Assembly: GCA_003389215.1 (NCBI GenBank)
Contig: QQVP01000064.1
Location: 1,468 to 65,467 of the forward strand
Length of the DNA stretch: 64,000 nt
Source of the DNA: Planctomycetota bacterium
Lineage (GTDB): Bacteria; Planctomycetota; Planctomycetia; Pirellulales; UBA7805
Direction of reading: 5' to 3'
Below the pieces are notes generated by a model. It made no database searches and was not told where the DNA came from. It saw nothing but the letters and a program-made list of their open reading frames with translations. Positions 18,487 to 28,629 of this stretch are shown here, piece by piece; the first letter of the stretch is position 1, and each line of letters starts with the position of its first letter. Made by a program: the position numbers and the translations under genes.

Positions 18487-18819
18487 ATGCCGACCTACGA
18501 CTACGTTTGCGACGGTTGCGGCCACGAGTTCGAACTGTTTCAATCGATCTCGGCGCCGGTCGAAAAGAAGTGCCCCGAGTGCAAGAAGAACAAGTTGCGC
18601 CGGCTGTTCGGCACCGGTGCGGCGGTCGTCTTCAAGGGCTCGGGCTTCTACGAGACCGACTATCGCAGCGAGTCGTACAAGAAGGGGGCGCAGGACGCCC
18701 AGAAGGCCAAGGACAGCGCCCAGAAGGCCAAGGACAGCGCCACAGGGGATGCCAAGGAAAGCAAGTCGAAGAACGACGGAGCCTCGAGCGGCAAATCGGC
18801 GGACAACAAGTCGGACTGA
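18487..18819 (+). CDS. FmdB family zinc-ribbon protein
   Basis: MPTYDYVCDGCGHEFE...CPEC...FKGSGFYETDY; 21-bp in-frame duplication (AQKAKDS x2) in tail. Confidence 0.9.
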   Translation: MPTYDYVCDGCGHEFELFQSISAPVEKKCPECKKNKLRRLFGTGAAVVFKGSGFYETDYRSESYKKGAQDAQKAKDSAQKAKDSATGDAKESKSKNDGASSGKSADNKSD

Positions 18820-18858
18820 TTGCCTCCACCGCCGCCACCCGCGCGGCGAGCCAACGCC

Positions 18859-19038
18859 ATGGCGATGTTGATCTGCCCCACCTGCGAACTTGCCTTCGAC
18901 ACCGAGACGAGCCTGGCTTTGCCGTTCTGCTCGTCGCGATGCCGCGAGATCGACCTCGGTCGGTGGATGAACGAAGAGTACGGGCTGCCAATCGAAGACG
19001 GCGACGAGCTGTCGGAATTCGAGAACGACTCGGCGTAA
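18859..19038 (+). CDS. yacG: DNA gyrase inhibitor YacG
   Basis: CPTC...PFCSSRCREIDLGRW..EEY. Confidence 0.9.
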   Translation: MAMLICPTCELAFDTETSLALPFCSSRCREIDLGRWMNEEYGLPIEDGDELSEFENDSA

Positions 19039-19077
19039 CCCAGGGCGACTCAAGGTTCTGCGTGCGGTCGTTTTCTC

Positions 19078-19105
19078 TTGCACGCTTCTTCTCTGGTCGT
19101 ATAAT
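19078..19105 (+). promoter_or_regulatory. Sigma-70-type promoter
   Basis: TTGCAC-N16-TATAAT upstream of the 19147 gene; AGGAG RBS follows. Confidence 0.55.
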
Positions 19106-19146
19106 TACGCCCAATCTGTGCAGTCTACCCCATTAGGAGCGGTGTC

Positions 19147-20397
19147 ATGGCGGACGATCCGTCGATTCAGGACAACGGCTGGGGTTCTTACCTCCCGTGG
19201 CTCATTCTGGTTCGTTGTTTCCGCATCGCAACCAGCGTGAGGATGTTGCTGCTCGGTGCCGGGGGCGCGGTTGCCAACGCGGCGGGTTGGCGGATCCTCT
19301 GGAACCTGCTCGGCGGGAGCCAGGACCCCGTGATCTCGGATCTTCGTGACGGGATCGGCCCCGACACCCCTTGGCCCGAATGGCCGTGGCAAATGTGGGA
19401 AGGGGTCTACGCGTCGAATCTGCTGGCCAGTCCCTGGACGACGATTCAGTATGCCGTCGACGCCGCCACGGCAACGGTGATGCACTATGCGACGCCCTTC
19501 ACCATGATGTTCGACGAAGAGTCGGGCTTCGTCGGTTTCACTTTCGGATTGCTCTGCCTGCTCTGGTCGCTGTTGGTTTGGTCGTACATCGGATCGGCCA
19601 TGACCCGCACGGCAGCGTTGCGTCTGTGCCGCGATGAGATCGCGACCTGGACCGATGTTTCCAACTTTTCGATCGCCAAGTTCCCGTCTTACTTTGCGGC
19701 CCCGCTCTTTTCGGGCCTGGGCATCCTCTTGGCGGCCCTGCCCGTGTTGATCGTCGGTTTCGTAGCCCGGTTGGATATCGGGTTGTTGCTGGCCGGTTTG
19801 CTGTGGCCGCTGGTGTTGCTGAGCGGTCTGTTCATGATGATCATCGCGGTCGGTTTCATCTTCGGCTGGCCGTTCATGTGGGCCACCGTAAGCACCGAAG
19901 GTTCCGACGCCTTCGACGCGCTCAGCCGCTCGTACGCCTATGTCTATCAACGGCCGCTCAAATACCTGTTCTACGCCGTCGTCGCCTTGCTGCTGGGTGG
20001 ACTCGGGTTCATCGTCGTCGGCTACTTCGTCGAGGGCGTTTCGTACTTCGCCTATTGGGCCACGGACATCGGGGCCTCGCACGAGCGGGTCGAGCTGATG
20101 CGGGCCTACACCAACCAGACGGGCGTGATCCCGGACAATCCCGGCGGCATGGCGGGTGCGGGGCTCTCGTTGGTGAGCTTCTGGGTCAGCTGTGTGCGGC
20201 TGCTGGGGGCCGGCTACGTGATCAGCTATGTCTGGACCGCCATGACGGCAATCTATCTGTTGCTGCGACGCGACATCGACGCGACCGAGCTGGACGAGAT
20301 CTACCTGACCGACGCCGAAGCGACGTACGGTTTGCCGTCGCTGGCCGCGGACGAAGGGGGCACGGCCGGCGTGCCCGGCGAGAGCGACGTCGAGTAG
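19147..20397 (+). CDS. Hypothetical multi-pass membrane protein
   Basis: 416 aa, several TM segments, DAFDALSRSYAYV and IYLLLRRDID segments; clear RBS. Confidence 0.85.
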   Translation: MADDPSIQDNGWGSYLPWLILVRCFRIATSVRMLLLGAGGAVANAAGWRILWNLLGGSQDPVISDLRDGIGPDTPWPEWPWQMWEGVYASNLLASPWTTIQYAVDAATATVMHYATPFTMMFDEESGFVGFTFGLLCLLWSLLVWSYIGSAMTRTAALRLCRDEIATWTDVSNFSIAKFPSYFAAPLFSGLGILLAALPVLIVGFVARLDIGLLLAGLLWPLVLLSGLFMMIIAVGFIFGWPFMWATVSTEGSDAFDALSRSYAYVYQRPLKYLFYAVVALLLGGLGFIVVGYFVEGVSYFAYWATDIGASHERVELMRAYTNQTGVIPDNPGGMAGAGLSLVSFWVSCVRLLGAGYVISYVWTAMTAIYLLLRRDIDATELDEIYLTDAEATYGLPSLAADEGGTAGVPGESDVE

Positions 20398-20413
20398 CGT
20401 GGCACAGACGCGA

Positions 20414-20773
20414 TCAGTCGGCGTATTGGCCGAACCGCTCGCCCGCTTCGCGGAACATCTGCCCGCGACTGAGCACCTCATCGCAGCCGGCGGCCTGGGC
20501 GGCAGCGAGCCTCTGTTCGTGAACGTGCGGTCCGAAGGCCAAGATCTGCGGCGGCGGCACGCTCGCTTCCTCGCCCAAGGCGCGAACCACGGCCGCGCAA
20601 TCCAGATTCGCCGCGGTCAGGTCGAGCACGACCAGGGCGGCGGCCTCGGCACGCCACGCGTCGATGAGCGCTTCGGAACTGGCGACCGTGTGCAGCGACG
20701 TGCCTGCCTGCTGGGCCGCCGCGCCCAGCTGCGACGAGGTCATCAGATCGGTCGAAAGAAGTAGAATCGACAT
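20414..20773 (-). CDS. Atypical single-domain response-regulator receiver protein
   Basis: ILLLSTD...LVVLDL...AAGCDEVL CheY-like pattern; conserved Lys not evident. Confidence 0.7.
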   Translation of the reverse strand: MSILLLSTDLMTSSQLGAAAQQAGTSLHTVASSEALIDAWRAEAAALVVLDLTAANLDCAAVVRALGEEASVPPPQILAFGPHVHEQRLAAAQAAGCDEVLSRGQMFREAGERFGQYAD

Positions 20774-20984
20774 GCGACACGAAGCTCATCGAAGCGGAAA
20801 TCGGACGCCGCTCTCCGTGCGGGATTAGACCGCTTCTCATTTTCCTGTAGCGTCTCGGCAGGCTACGACCGCGTTTGACGTCGTCGACCTGCATCGACGA
20901 ATCTCCTGGATTCGCCTGCTTCGGTCTCCTTGTCAAACTTGCCTCGCTATCCGCCGAAGACGCTACGTCAATCTGAAAAACGGT

Positions 20985-21332
20985 CTAGACCGCCTCGGGG
21001 CCCCGCACCGGACCGTTGAGGTTGATCGTCTCTTCCATCGGCATCACGAAGATCTTGCCGTCGCCGATATGCCCTTCCGGACCGGTCCGCGCGACGCTGC
21101 TAATGGCCTCGATCGTCCGCTCGACGAAGTCGTCGTTCACGGCGATCTCCAGGGCGATCTTCCGCAGCAGGTCGGTCTTGTACTCGTGCCCGCGAAACGT
21201 CTGGGTCTGGCCCCGCTGCTGCCCGATGCCCTGCGCATCGCAGACCGTCAGGCGTTCGACCGCGACCGCCGCGAGGGCTTCCTTGACCGCGTTCAGCTTG
21301 GTCGGCTGAATGATCGCGTGGATCAGCTTCAT
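20985..21332 (-). CDS. glnB: P-II family nitrogen regulator
   Basis: MKLIHAIIQP, GIGQQRG, FRGHEY, ARTG..GHIGDGKIFV. Confidence 0.92.
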   Translation of the reverse strand: MKLIHAIIQPTKLNAVKEALAAVAVERLTVCDAQGIGQQRGQTQTFRGHEYKTDLLRKIALEIAVNDDFVERTIEAISSVARTGPEGHIGDGKIFVMPMEETINLNGPVRGPEAV

Positions 21333-21545
21333 CCGCCCATTCTCCTTGGGGTTTTCCGCTACCGCGCGCCGTTTGCCGCGACCGCGCGCCACTTGCCGGG
21401 TCCGCCTGCCGCTGGGGGCGCTCTCCGGGCGTCAGGATACCCGCCTCCGCCGGCCGACGAAAGACCGAAGCCGCCCGGCCGAGAACCCACAATTCCCGCG
21501 TCGCACGGCTTGGCGGAGCGGCGCCGGTGGGCGACGATAGAACGC

Positions 21546-22568
21546 ATGTCCCAGCGCGATGTCGTACGCAGTGTCTTGCGAAGCTACGGCGCGAGTCTCG
21601 CCGACGAGCGGATCGAGTCGCTCGGTTCCGCGGGCGGGTTCAGCGGCGCGCGGTTCTGGCGGCTGACGACCGACTCGGGCACGCTCTGTCTGCGGCGATG
21701 GCCGCAGGGACATCCCTCGCCACCCCGGCTCCTGTTCATTCACCAGACGTTGCGTCACGTCGCGGAGCGGGCCGAGTTGCCGTTGGCATCGCCTCGCTAC
21801 ACGGACGAGGGCTTGACCTTTCTGAGCATGGCCGGGCACCTCTGGCAGCTCGAGCCGTGGCTGCCCGGCGTGGCCGATTATCGTCAGCGACCGAGCGACC
21901 GTCGCCTCGTTGCGGCGATGGAGATGTTGGCCACGTTTCATCGCGCCGCCGCGAGCCACTCGGAAACCGCCGGTCGGCGCGGCCCCCCACCCGCGGTCGC
22001 CGATCGCCTGAAGCGGATCGCCCACTGGACGCCGCAGCGGTTAGCCGATCTTGGTGAGCGCACGGCGGCCGACGCCGACCCACGACTCGCGGCGATCGCC
22101 GAGCGTGCCGCGCCACTCGTGATGCTCTACCGTCAGGCGGCACCAGGCGTCGAGAGCGAGCTTCGACAAATCGCCGACGTTGAGCTACCGCTGGCGCCCT
22201 GTCTGCGCGACATCCACGACGAGCATGTCCTGTTCGTCGACGAGGCAGTCAGCGGCGTGATCGACTTCGGTGCCCTGCGCGTCGACCACACGGCGATCGA
22301 CGTTGCGCGGCTCCTAGGTAGCCTGGCCGGCGATGACGAGGACCGTTGGCGACGCGGCTGCGATGTGTACGATACCTCACGCGGTGACCTCGCCCCGCTC
22401 GATCGCCCGCGGGTACGTCTGCTCGATCGGGCGACCACGTTGCTTTCCGGGCTGAACTGGCTGGAATGGGTTTTCACAGCGGGCCGTCAGTTCGAAGATT
22501 ACGACGTCATCACCGAGCGATTGCGACGCATCGAGCGGCGGCTGCGCGTCGCCGCCGAGGCTTGCTAG
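21546..22568 (+). CDS. APH/choline-kinase-like phosphotransferase (type II homoserine kinase-like)
   Basis: GGFSGA, LRDIHDEHVLF, GVIDFG. Confidence 0.8.
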   Translation: MSQRDVVRSVLRSYGASLADERIESLGSAGGFSGARFWRLTTDSGTLCLRRWPQGHPSPPRLLFIHQTLRHVAERAELPLASPRYTDEGLTFLSMAGHLWQLEPWLPGVADYRQRPSDRRLVAAMEMLATFHRAAASHSETAGRRGPPPAVADRLKRIAHWTPQRLADLGERTAADADPRLAAIAERAAPLVMLYRQAAPGVESELRQIADVELPLAPCLRDIHDEHVLFVDEAVSGVIDFGALRVDHTAIDVARLLGSLAGDDEDRWRRGCDVYDTSRGDLAPLDRPRVRLLDRATTLLSGLNWLEWVFTAGRQFEDYDVITERLRRIERRLRVAAEAC

Positions 22569-22651
22569 CCTCGCTGGCGAGCGTACCAGTCTGCGTTGCC
22601 GCGGGGCGGCGAAGCACCTAAAATCAGGGCGCTTCCGGAGCGGTCGGCGCG

Positions 22652-22690
22652 GAGTGCGGCAGAGTGCAGAGTGCGCAGAGTGCAGAGTAC
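22652..22690. repeat. Short degenerate tandem repeat (GCA)GAGTGC
   Basis: GAGTGCGGCAGAGTGCAGAGTGCGCAGAGTGCAGAGTAC. Confidence 0.6.
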
Positions 22691-22765
22691 GACAGCGTCG
22701 AGTACGGAAGTGGAGAAATTGGTAGGAAGCAAGCAGATCCAACGCGAACCGAGGAATTCTGAGAG

Positions 22766-23281
22766 ATGAGCATGATCGTGAAGATGCCAAGACGAACTTG
22801 GAGCGTCCTTGCCGCTGTCCTCGTAGCCGGTAGCGTGCTGCTCGCCGGAGCGCCGGCCGAGGCCCAATTCGGGAACGCGTCGCAGGTCGAGTTCAGCGCC
22901 CAAGTTTTGCCGGCCACGGACAAGTTGCCCGTGCGGCTGGCGATTACCGTGGACATCGAAGAGGGCTGGCACATCTACTCAATCACGCAGGCGAAGGGAG
23001 GACCGCGACCGACGCAGCTGCTGCCCGCCGCCTCGGACGACTACACATTGGCCGGTGAATTCACCCCCAGCGTGGCCCCGGTGATTCACGTTTACGAGGA
23101 CATCTGGCCCGACCTGAATGTGGAAGAACACACCGGCACGGTCACCTGGACCGTGCCGCTCAAGCTGGCCGACGGCGTCGACGCGGCGAGTCTGCTCATC
23201 GAAGGGACGGTCCGCGGCCAGGTCTGTAACGAGGAACAGTGCAACAATTTCGCCAAGGAATTTGAGGCCGAGTTGGAGTAA
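22766..23281 (+). CDS. Stand-alone secreted DsbD N-terminal domain protein
   Basis: Signal peptide; GWHIYS; GQVCNEEQC. Confidence 0.8.
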   Translation: MSMIVKMPRRTWSVLAAVLVAGSVLLAGAPAEAQFGNASQVEFSAQVLPATDKLPVRLAITVDIEEGWHIYSITQAKGGPRPTQLLPAASDDYTLAGEFTPSVAPVIHVYEDIWPDLNVEEHTGTVTWTVPLKLADGVDAASLLIEGTVRGQVCNEEQCNNFAKEFEAELE

Positions 23282-23686
23282 TCCGGCGGCCCGTTGCGCT
23301 CCCCCCGATGGGGCCCTGGGCGGCCTTGGCCGCTGAACCCGCGGCCACCCTCGCCGCGCGACCCACCGCGGCCTGCTCTGCGTAGTAGTTGATAGCGTTG
23401 CCGCCGCCGGCTAACGGTGTGCGCTTCCGCGCTGGCTGCAGGTGGCGTAGTTCACATGCTTTTCGCTCCCGCGGGCCGATAATATTGGGCATGGAAGCGT
23501 GGCCCCGGCGAGCGAACGCCATGCCGATTGCCGCGGTCCGCGGCGGCTGCGGCGTCGGCGACATTCCCGCGTCGGCAATCACCCCGCTTCGGCGATGACC
23601 CCGCGGACGCGAGTCTCTATGATTTGCCCCCTCCAATTCGGCTCGAATACAATCCGAGCGTTCCCAAAAGCGCCTAGGAAATAGCG

Positions 23687-25672
23687 ATGAGCGGACCCTT
23701 TCGACGCATCTCTTGGCCGGCCTGGCTGATCGTGCTGACCGTGACGAGCCTGCTGGTGTTGCCCACGACCAGCGAGGCAGGATTCGGCGATGATCCGGCC
23801 AGGCACACGCAGTTCTCCGCGAGGATCGTGCCGGCCACGGGCGAACACCCGCCGCGGCTGGTGATCTCGGTAACGCTCGACGATCACTGGCACATCTACT
23901 CGATGAGGAAGTACGAGAAGGGCGAGAGTGCCCCACAGGCCACGGTGATATCGCTCGACGAGTCCTCGGCGGTTGAGTTTGCCGGTCCGTTTGAACCAAC
24001 CCAGGCACCGCTCGTCCGACCGCCCGGCGAGACGGGGTTCGATGTCCCGACCGAGGAGTTTTATGACAGCTTCATGTGGGTCGCTCCGCTGAGCGTGCCG
24101 GAGGGGACCGACCTGGAGACGGTCACCCTTAGCGGAACGATCACGGGTCAGGAATGTGATCCGCACAGTTGCAATCCCTTTACGAATCGTTTCGAGGCGG
24201 AGCTCGACCGCCAGCTCGCAGTGCCGGCTACGGTCAAGGTCGCGTCTCTGGTCGCGGCCAGCTCGGGAGGGAGCGGACTTTGGGCCGCGCTTGGCTTGGC
24301 CTTCCTCGGCGGTATCGTGCTCAACGTGATGCCCTGCGTGCTGCCGGTCATTGGGCTTAAGGTGATGGCCTTCATCGAACAGGGGGGCCAAAGCCGCTCG
24401 CGGATCTTCCTGCTCAACTTCTGGTACTCGCTGGGCGTGATCGCGGTGTGGATGGCCCTGGCCGTGTTGGCCACGATCTTCCAGATCGGCCTGGGCGAGC
24501 TCTTTCAGACGCCCGAGTTCAGCATCGTCATGGCGTCGGTGATCTTCGCCATGGGACTCAGCTTCCTGGGCGTGTGGGAGATTCCGATTCCCGGTTTCAT
24601 CGGCACGCAGAACGTCACCAAGCTTGGCGAGCGCGAGGGTTACGAAGGCGCTTTCGCCAAGGGAACGATCACCACGGTGCTGGCGACGCCCTGTCTGGGA
24701 CCCTTCATGGGGGGGCTGTTCATCAGTCTGCTCGATCGCCCCGCGTTCGAAATCTATGCCATCTTCTTCGCGATCGGCCTGGGGATGGCGTCGCCCTACC
24801 TGGTGCTGGGCATGGTGCCGCAGGCGATGCGATTCCTGCCGAAGCCGGGCGCGTGGATGAACACCTTCAAGGAGATCATGGGCTTCTTCCTGATCGGAAC
24901 GACCGTCTACCTGATGACGATTCCGCAGACCTATCTGCTGGTGCCGACGCTCGTGTTGCTGATCGGTCTGGGCGTGGTCTGCTGGTGGATTGGCCGCGTA
25001 CCGTCGACGGCCGATCCTTCGCGTCGCTGGCGAGCCTTGGGCGAGGCGATGCTGGCCGGCGTGCTGATCGGCGTGACGGCCTTCTACGTCATCGCCCCCG
25101 AGATGCGGTCGCGGATGAAGTTCGACAACTGGGAGTACTTCGACTACGAGATCGAGCGGATGGTGGCCGACGGCGAGTTGAAGGTCGACGGCGAGTTGCC
25201 CGTCTTCAACCGGCCCTGGCAGCCCTATACGACGCGGAAGTTCAAGTGGCTGGTCGAGAACAACAAGCCGGTGCTGATCGACTTTACGGCCGACTGGTGC
25301 CAGACGTGCAAGTGGAACGAGAAGTTTGTGTTGAAGACCCGCGCTACGCGCGAGTTGCTCGAGGAACACGACGTCTATACGCTCGTGGCCGACCTGACGC
25401 ACAAAGATGTCGGTCGTGAGGGGGCGGCGAAGCTGAAGGAGTTGCGGGCCGACGGCATTCCGCTGATCGCGATCTATGCGCCGGGCGAGGTGGACCAGCC
25501 AACGCTCATCCCCGGCACCTTTACGCGGGCCGATCTGGCCGCGGAGATTCGCCGCAAGATTCCCAAGACGGTCGTGGTGGATGACGCGACCCGCGATGAT
25601 CGGCAAACCACCCGCGAGGCGTCCCGCGAAGAAGCGGGCGGCCGGGAATCGGCGGGACTTCGGGCGCGTTAG
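23687..25672 (+). CDS. dsbD: Protein-disulfide reductase DsbD (nDsbD-CcdA-thioredoxin)
   Basis: HWHIYS, GQECDPHSC, NVMPCVLP, LATPCLGP, DFTADWCQTCK. Confidence 0.9.
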   Translation: MSGPFRRISWPAWLIVLTVTSLLVLPTTSEAGFGDDPARHTQFSARIVPATGEHPPRLVISVTLDDHWHIYSMRKYEKGESAPQATVISLDESSAVEFAGPFEPTQAPLVRPPGETGFDVPTEEFYDSFMWVAPLSVPEGTDLETVTLSGTITGQECDPHSCNPFTNRFEAELDRQLAVPATVKVASLVAASSGGSGLWAALGLAFLGGIVLNVMPCVLPVIGLKVMAFIEQGGQSRSRIFLLNFWYSLGVIAVWMALAVLATIFQIGLGELFQTPEFSIVMASVIFAMGLSFLGVWEIPIPGFIGTQNVTKLGEREGYEGAFAKGTITTVLATPCLGPFMGGLFISLLDRPAFEIYAIFFAIGLGMASPYLVLGMVPQAMRFLPKPGAWMNTFKEIMGFFLIGTTVYLMTIPQTYLLVPTLVLLIGLGVVCWWIGRVPSTADPSRRWRALGEAMLAGVLIGVTAFYVIAPEMRSRMKFDNWEYFDYEIERMVADGELKVDGELPVFNRPWQPYTTRKFKWLVENNKPVLIDFTADWCQTCKWNEKFVLKTRATRELLEEHDVYTLVADLTHKDVGREGAAKLKELRADGIPLIAIYAPGEVDQPTLIPGTFTRADLAAEIRRKIPKTVVVDDATRDDRQTTREASREEAGGRESAGLRAR

Positions 25673-25726
25673 CTGGCAGGCCAAGGGTCGCGAGAGCCCG
25701 CAACGTACACTTAGCGCAGTCCGGAC

Positions 25727-26788
25727 CTACGCCCACTGCACGCCGCGGGGTCCCTCGGCGACGCTGCCGATGACCCAGCTTGTCAGTCCGCAGTCGGCCA
25801 GCTGACTGCGAATGCTCTCCGCGTAGTAAGGGCTGACGACCAGCGCCAGGCCGATACCCATATTGAAGACCGTTTCCATCTCCTCGGCTTCAATCTCGCC
25901 CAGCTCCTGCAGCCAGGGAAACACGGGCGGCACTTCCCAGCTGTCGCGCTCCAGCGTCACGGCCGCCTGGGCGGGAAGGATTCGCTCCAGGTTTTCGCGC
26001 AGTCCGCCGCCGGTGATGTGGGCGATGCCATGCACGACGTTCTTCACTCGGTAGTGATTCAGGATCTTTCGCACGGGGCGAACGTAGATCCGGGTCGGCT
26101 CGAGCAGCACCTCGCCGACGGTCTGCTCGAGCGCCTCGACGTGGTCGTCGACACTCAGCCCGGCGATCTCGAAGACGACCTTGCGGGCGAGGCTGAAGCC
26201 GTTCGAGTGCAGCCCGCTGGAGGCGACGCCCAGCACGAGGTCTTCGGCCGCGATCAGGCTGCCGTCGAGGAGTGACTTGCGTTCTGCCACACCCACGCAG
26301 AAACCGGCCAGGTCGTAGTCGCCCCGGGCGTAGAGATCGGGCATGATCGCCGTCTCGCCGCCAAGCAGCGAGCAGTCCGCCTCGATGCACGCCGCCGAAA
26401 TACCCGACACGACGCTCTCGAGCAGGTCGGGGTCGTCGTGCGACATGGCGATGTAGTCGAGAAAGAAGAGCGGTTCGGCCCCGCAGCAGATCGCGTCATT
26501 GACGCTCATCGCCACCAGGTCGATGCCCACCGTGTCGTGTCGGCCGACGAGGGCGGCGACCTTGAGCTTCGTGCCGACCCCGTCCGTGCAGGAGATCAGC
26601 ACGGGATCTTCGTAGCGGCGGGCAAACAACTCGCTGGCAAAATCGAGCTGAAACAGGCCGGCAAAGCCGCCCGGATTCTCCAGCACCCGTGGCGTGTGGG
26701 TGCGGCGCATCAGGCCCCCGAGTCGCGACATCGATTCGCGATAGACGTCCAGATCGACGCCCGCATCCTTGTATGTCGCCTTGGCCAT
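25727..26788 (-). CDS. purM: Phosphoribosylformylglycinamidine cyclo-ligase
   Basis: [40 protein letters not shown]. Confidence 0.97.
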   Translation of the reverse strand: MAKATYKDAGVDLDVYRESMSRLGGLMRRTHTPRVLENPGGFAGLFQLDFASELFARRYEDPVLISCTDGVGTKLKVAALVGRHDTVGIDLVAMSVNDAICCGAEPLFFLDYIAMSHDDPDLLESVVSGISAACIEADCSLLGGETAIMPDLYARGDYDLAGFCVGVAERKSLLDGSLIAAEDLVLGVASSGLHSNGFSLARKVVFEIAGLSVDDHVEALEQTVGEVLLEPTRIYVRPVRKILNHYRVKNVVHGIAHITGGGLRENLERILPAQAAVTLERDSWEVPPVFPWLQELGEIEAEEMETVFNMGIGLALVVSPYYAESIRSQLADCGLTSWVIGSVAEGPRGVQWA

Positions 26789-26998
26789 CCGGGTCACTCG
26801 AAGAGGTGGGAGAGCGCCGTCGATTCTACGGCTGCGGAATTGCAACTGTCAACGATCGCGAAATGATGCTCGCGAGCCGTCCTCGACGCCGCTGGCCAGC
26901 CTCGCCCACGACGTGTTATGGTCGTACGTCGCTTGAGTCGTCGGGACGCGTCCGCTGTCCGCCCGAGCCTGGCCATTGACATGCCCGCCAGTACAAAC

Positions 26999-28297
26999 AT
27001 GACCAGCATGCCCAAGAGTCACGCCGCGTTCGCCCGCGCTCAGCAAGTCATTCCTGGTGGCGTGAATAGTCCGGCACGGGCCTTCGGCGCTGTGGGGGGC
27101 GAGCCGCTGTTCATCGAGCGGGCCGAGGGGGCTTACCTCTACGACGTCGACGGTCGCCAGCTGATCGACTACATCGGCTCCTGGGGTCCGATGATTCTCG
27201 GGCACGCCCACCCACAAGTGTTGGAGGCGATTCGCGCGGCGGCCGAGCGTGGTACCAGCTTTGGCGCCCCGACGGAGGCCGAGAGTGAACTGGCCGAACA
27301 GATCGTCGCCTCGGTCGACTCGATTGAAAAGGTCCGGCTGGTCAATTCGGGCACCGAGGCCACGATGAGCGCGATCCGCCTGGCTCGCGGCTTCACGGGG
27401 CGCGACAAGATCATCAAGTTTGCCGGCAACTACCACGGCCACGTCGATAGCCTGCTGGTCGCGGCGGGCAGCTCGGCCGCCACCTTGAGCCAACCCGACT
27501 CACCCGGTGTCACGGCCGGTACGGTCGCCGACACCATTGTGCTCGAGTACAACGACGTAGCCGGCTTCGAGGCGGCCATGCGCGAACAGGGCGACGCCCT
27601 GGCCGCGGTGATTCTCGAACCGGTCGTCGGCAATATGGGCTGCGTGGTGCCCACGCCCGAGTTTCTTACCGCGGCCCGCGGCCTCACCGAGAAGCACGGG
27701 GCGCTGCTGATCTTCGACGAGGTGATGACCGGCTTCCGCGTTGCCTTGGGGGGCGCTCAGTCGCTCTTCGGCGTACGTCCCGATTTGACGACACTCGGCA
27801 AGATCGTCGGAGGCGGACTGCCGGTGGGCGCCTACGGCGGTCGGGCCGACGTGATGAACCACATCCTGCCGGCCGGTCCCGTGTTTCAGGCCGGCACACT
27901 CAGCGGCAATCCGCTGGCGACGGCCGCGGGCAACGCCACACTGAAGCGGCTCCGCGAGTCGCCGCCCTACGAGCGCTTGGAAGAGCTGGGCGCCCGACTG
28001 GAGGCCGGTCTGCGCGAGGCCGCGGCGACGGCCGGCGCGCCGTTTTCGCTTGTCCGCGTGGGCAGCATGATGACGTTGTTCTTTGCGACCGAGCCGGTGC
28101 ACGGCTGGCGACAAGCGAGTCGCGCCGACACGGCGGCCTTTGGTCGCTACTTCTGGGAGTTGATCGAGCGGGGCGTTTACATGCCTTGCAGTCAGTACGA
28201 GGCCCTCTTCATTTCCGCGGCCCACACGTTCGACGACATCGACGCCACGATCCGCGCGGCGGGCGAGGCGCTCGCGCTCGTCGAGGTTGCCGATTAG
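26999..28297 (+). CDS. hemL: Glutamate-1-semialdehyde 2,1-aminomutase
   Basis: PGGVNSPARAF, NSGTEAT, FDEVMTGFR, GKIVGGGLPVG; start 26999 or 27008. Confidence 0.96.
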   Translation: MTSMPKSHAAFARAQQVIPGGVNSPARAFGAVGGEPLFIERAEGAYLYDVDGRQLIDYIGSWGPMILGHAHPQVLEAIRAAAERGTSFGAPTEAESELAEQIVASVDSIEKVRLVNSGTEATMSAIRLARGFTGRDKIIKFAGNYHGHVDSLLVAAGSSAATLSQPDSPGVTAGTVADTIVLEYNDVAGFEAAMREQGDALAAVILEPVVGNMGCVVPTPEFLTAARGLTEKHGALLIFDEVMTGFRVALGGAQSLFGVRPDLTTLGKIVGGGLPVGAYGGRADVMNHILPAGPVFQAGTLSGNPLATAAGNATLKRLRESPPYERLEELGARLEAGLREAAATAGAPFSLVRVGSMMTLFFATEPVHGWRQASRADTAAFGRYFWELIERGVYMPCSQYEALFISAAHTFDDIDATIRAAGEALALVEVAD

Positions 28298-28629
28298 CGA
28301 AGCTCTGCGGCGTGCGTGGGCCTTGACTGCCCTCGGGCGAAGGTGGCGAACGGTTATGTGGCCGTGCTGCTACGTGCGGTGTCAAACACTGCGCTTTCGG
28401 CAATCTTTCGACCACCCTCAGGTGCCGAAAAATAGTTTAGAGCCGAACGAACGACGTAGAAAACGACCTGTGATTCGTGCTCCTTGCCGGGTCTGTTCTA
28501 GGTCGCCTGTCGGCACCCGCGTATAATGTCGCCAGGCATTCGTGCGCGCCCTTTCGTTGCCGAGGGAGTGCGTGTCGCCGCTGTCAGGTCGCAGAAGAAA
28601 TTGACGACGTCCCGAACCGCTCCGCCGTT

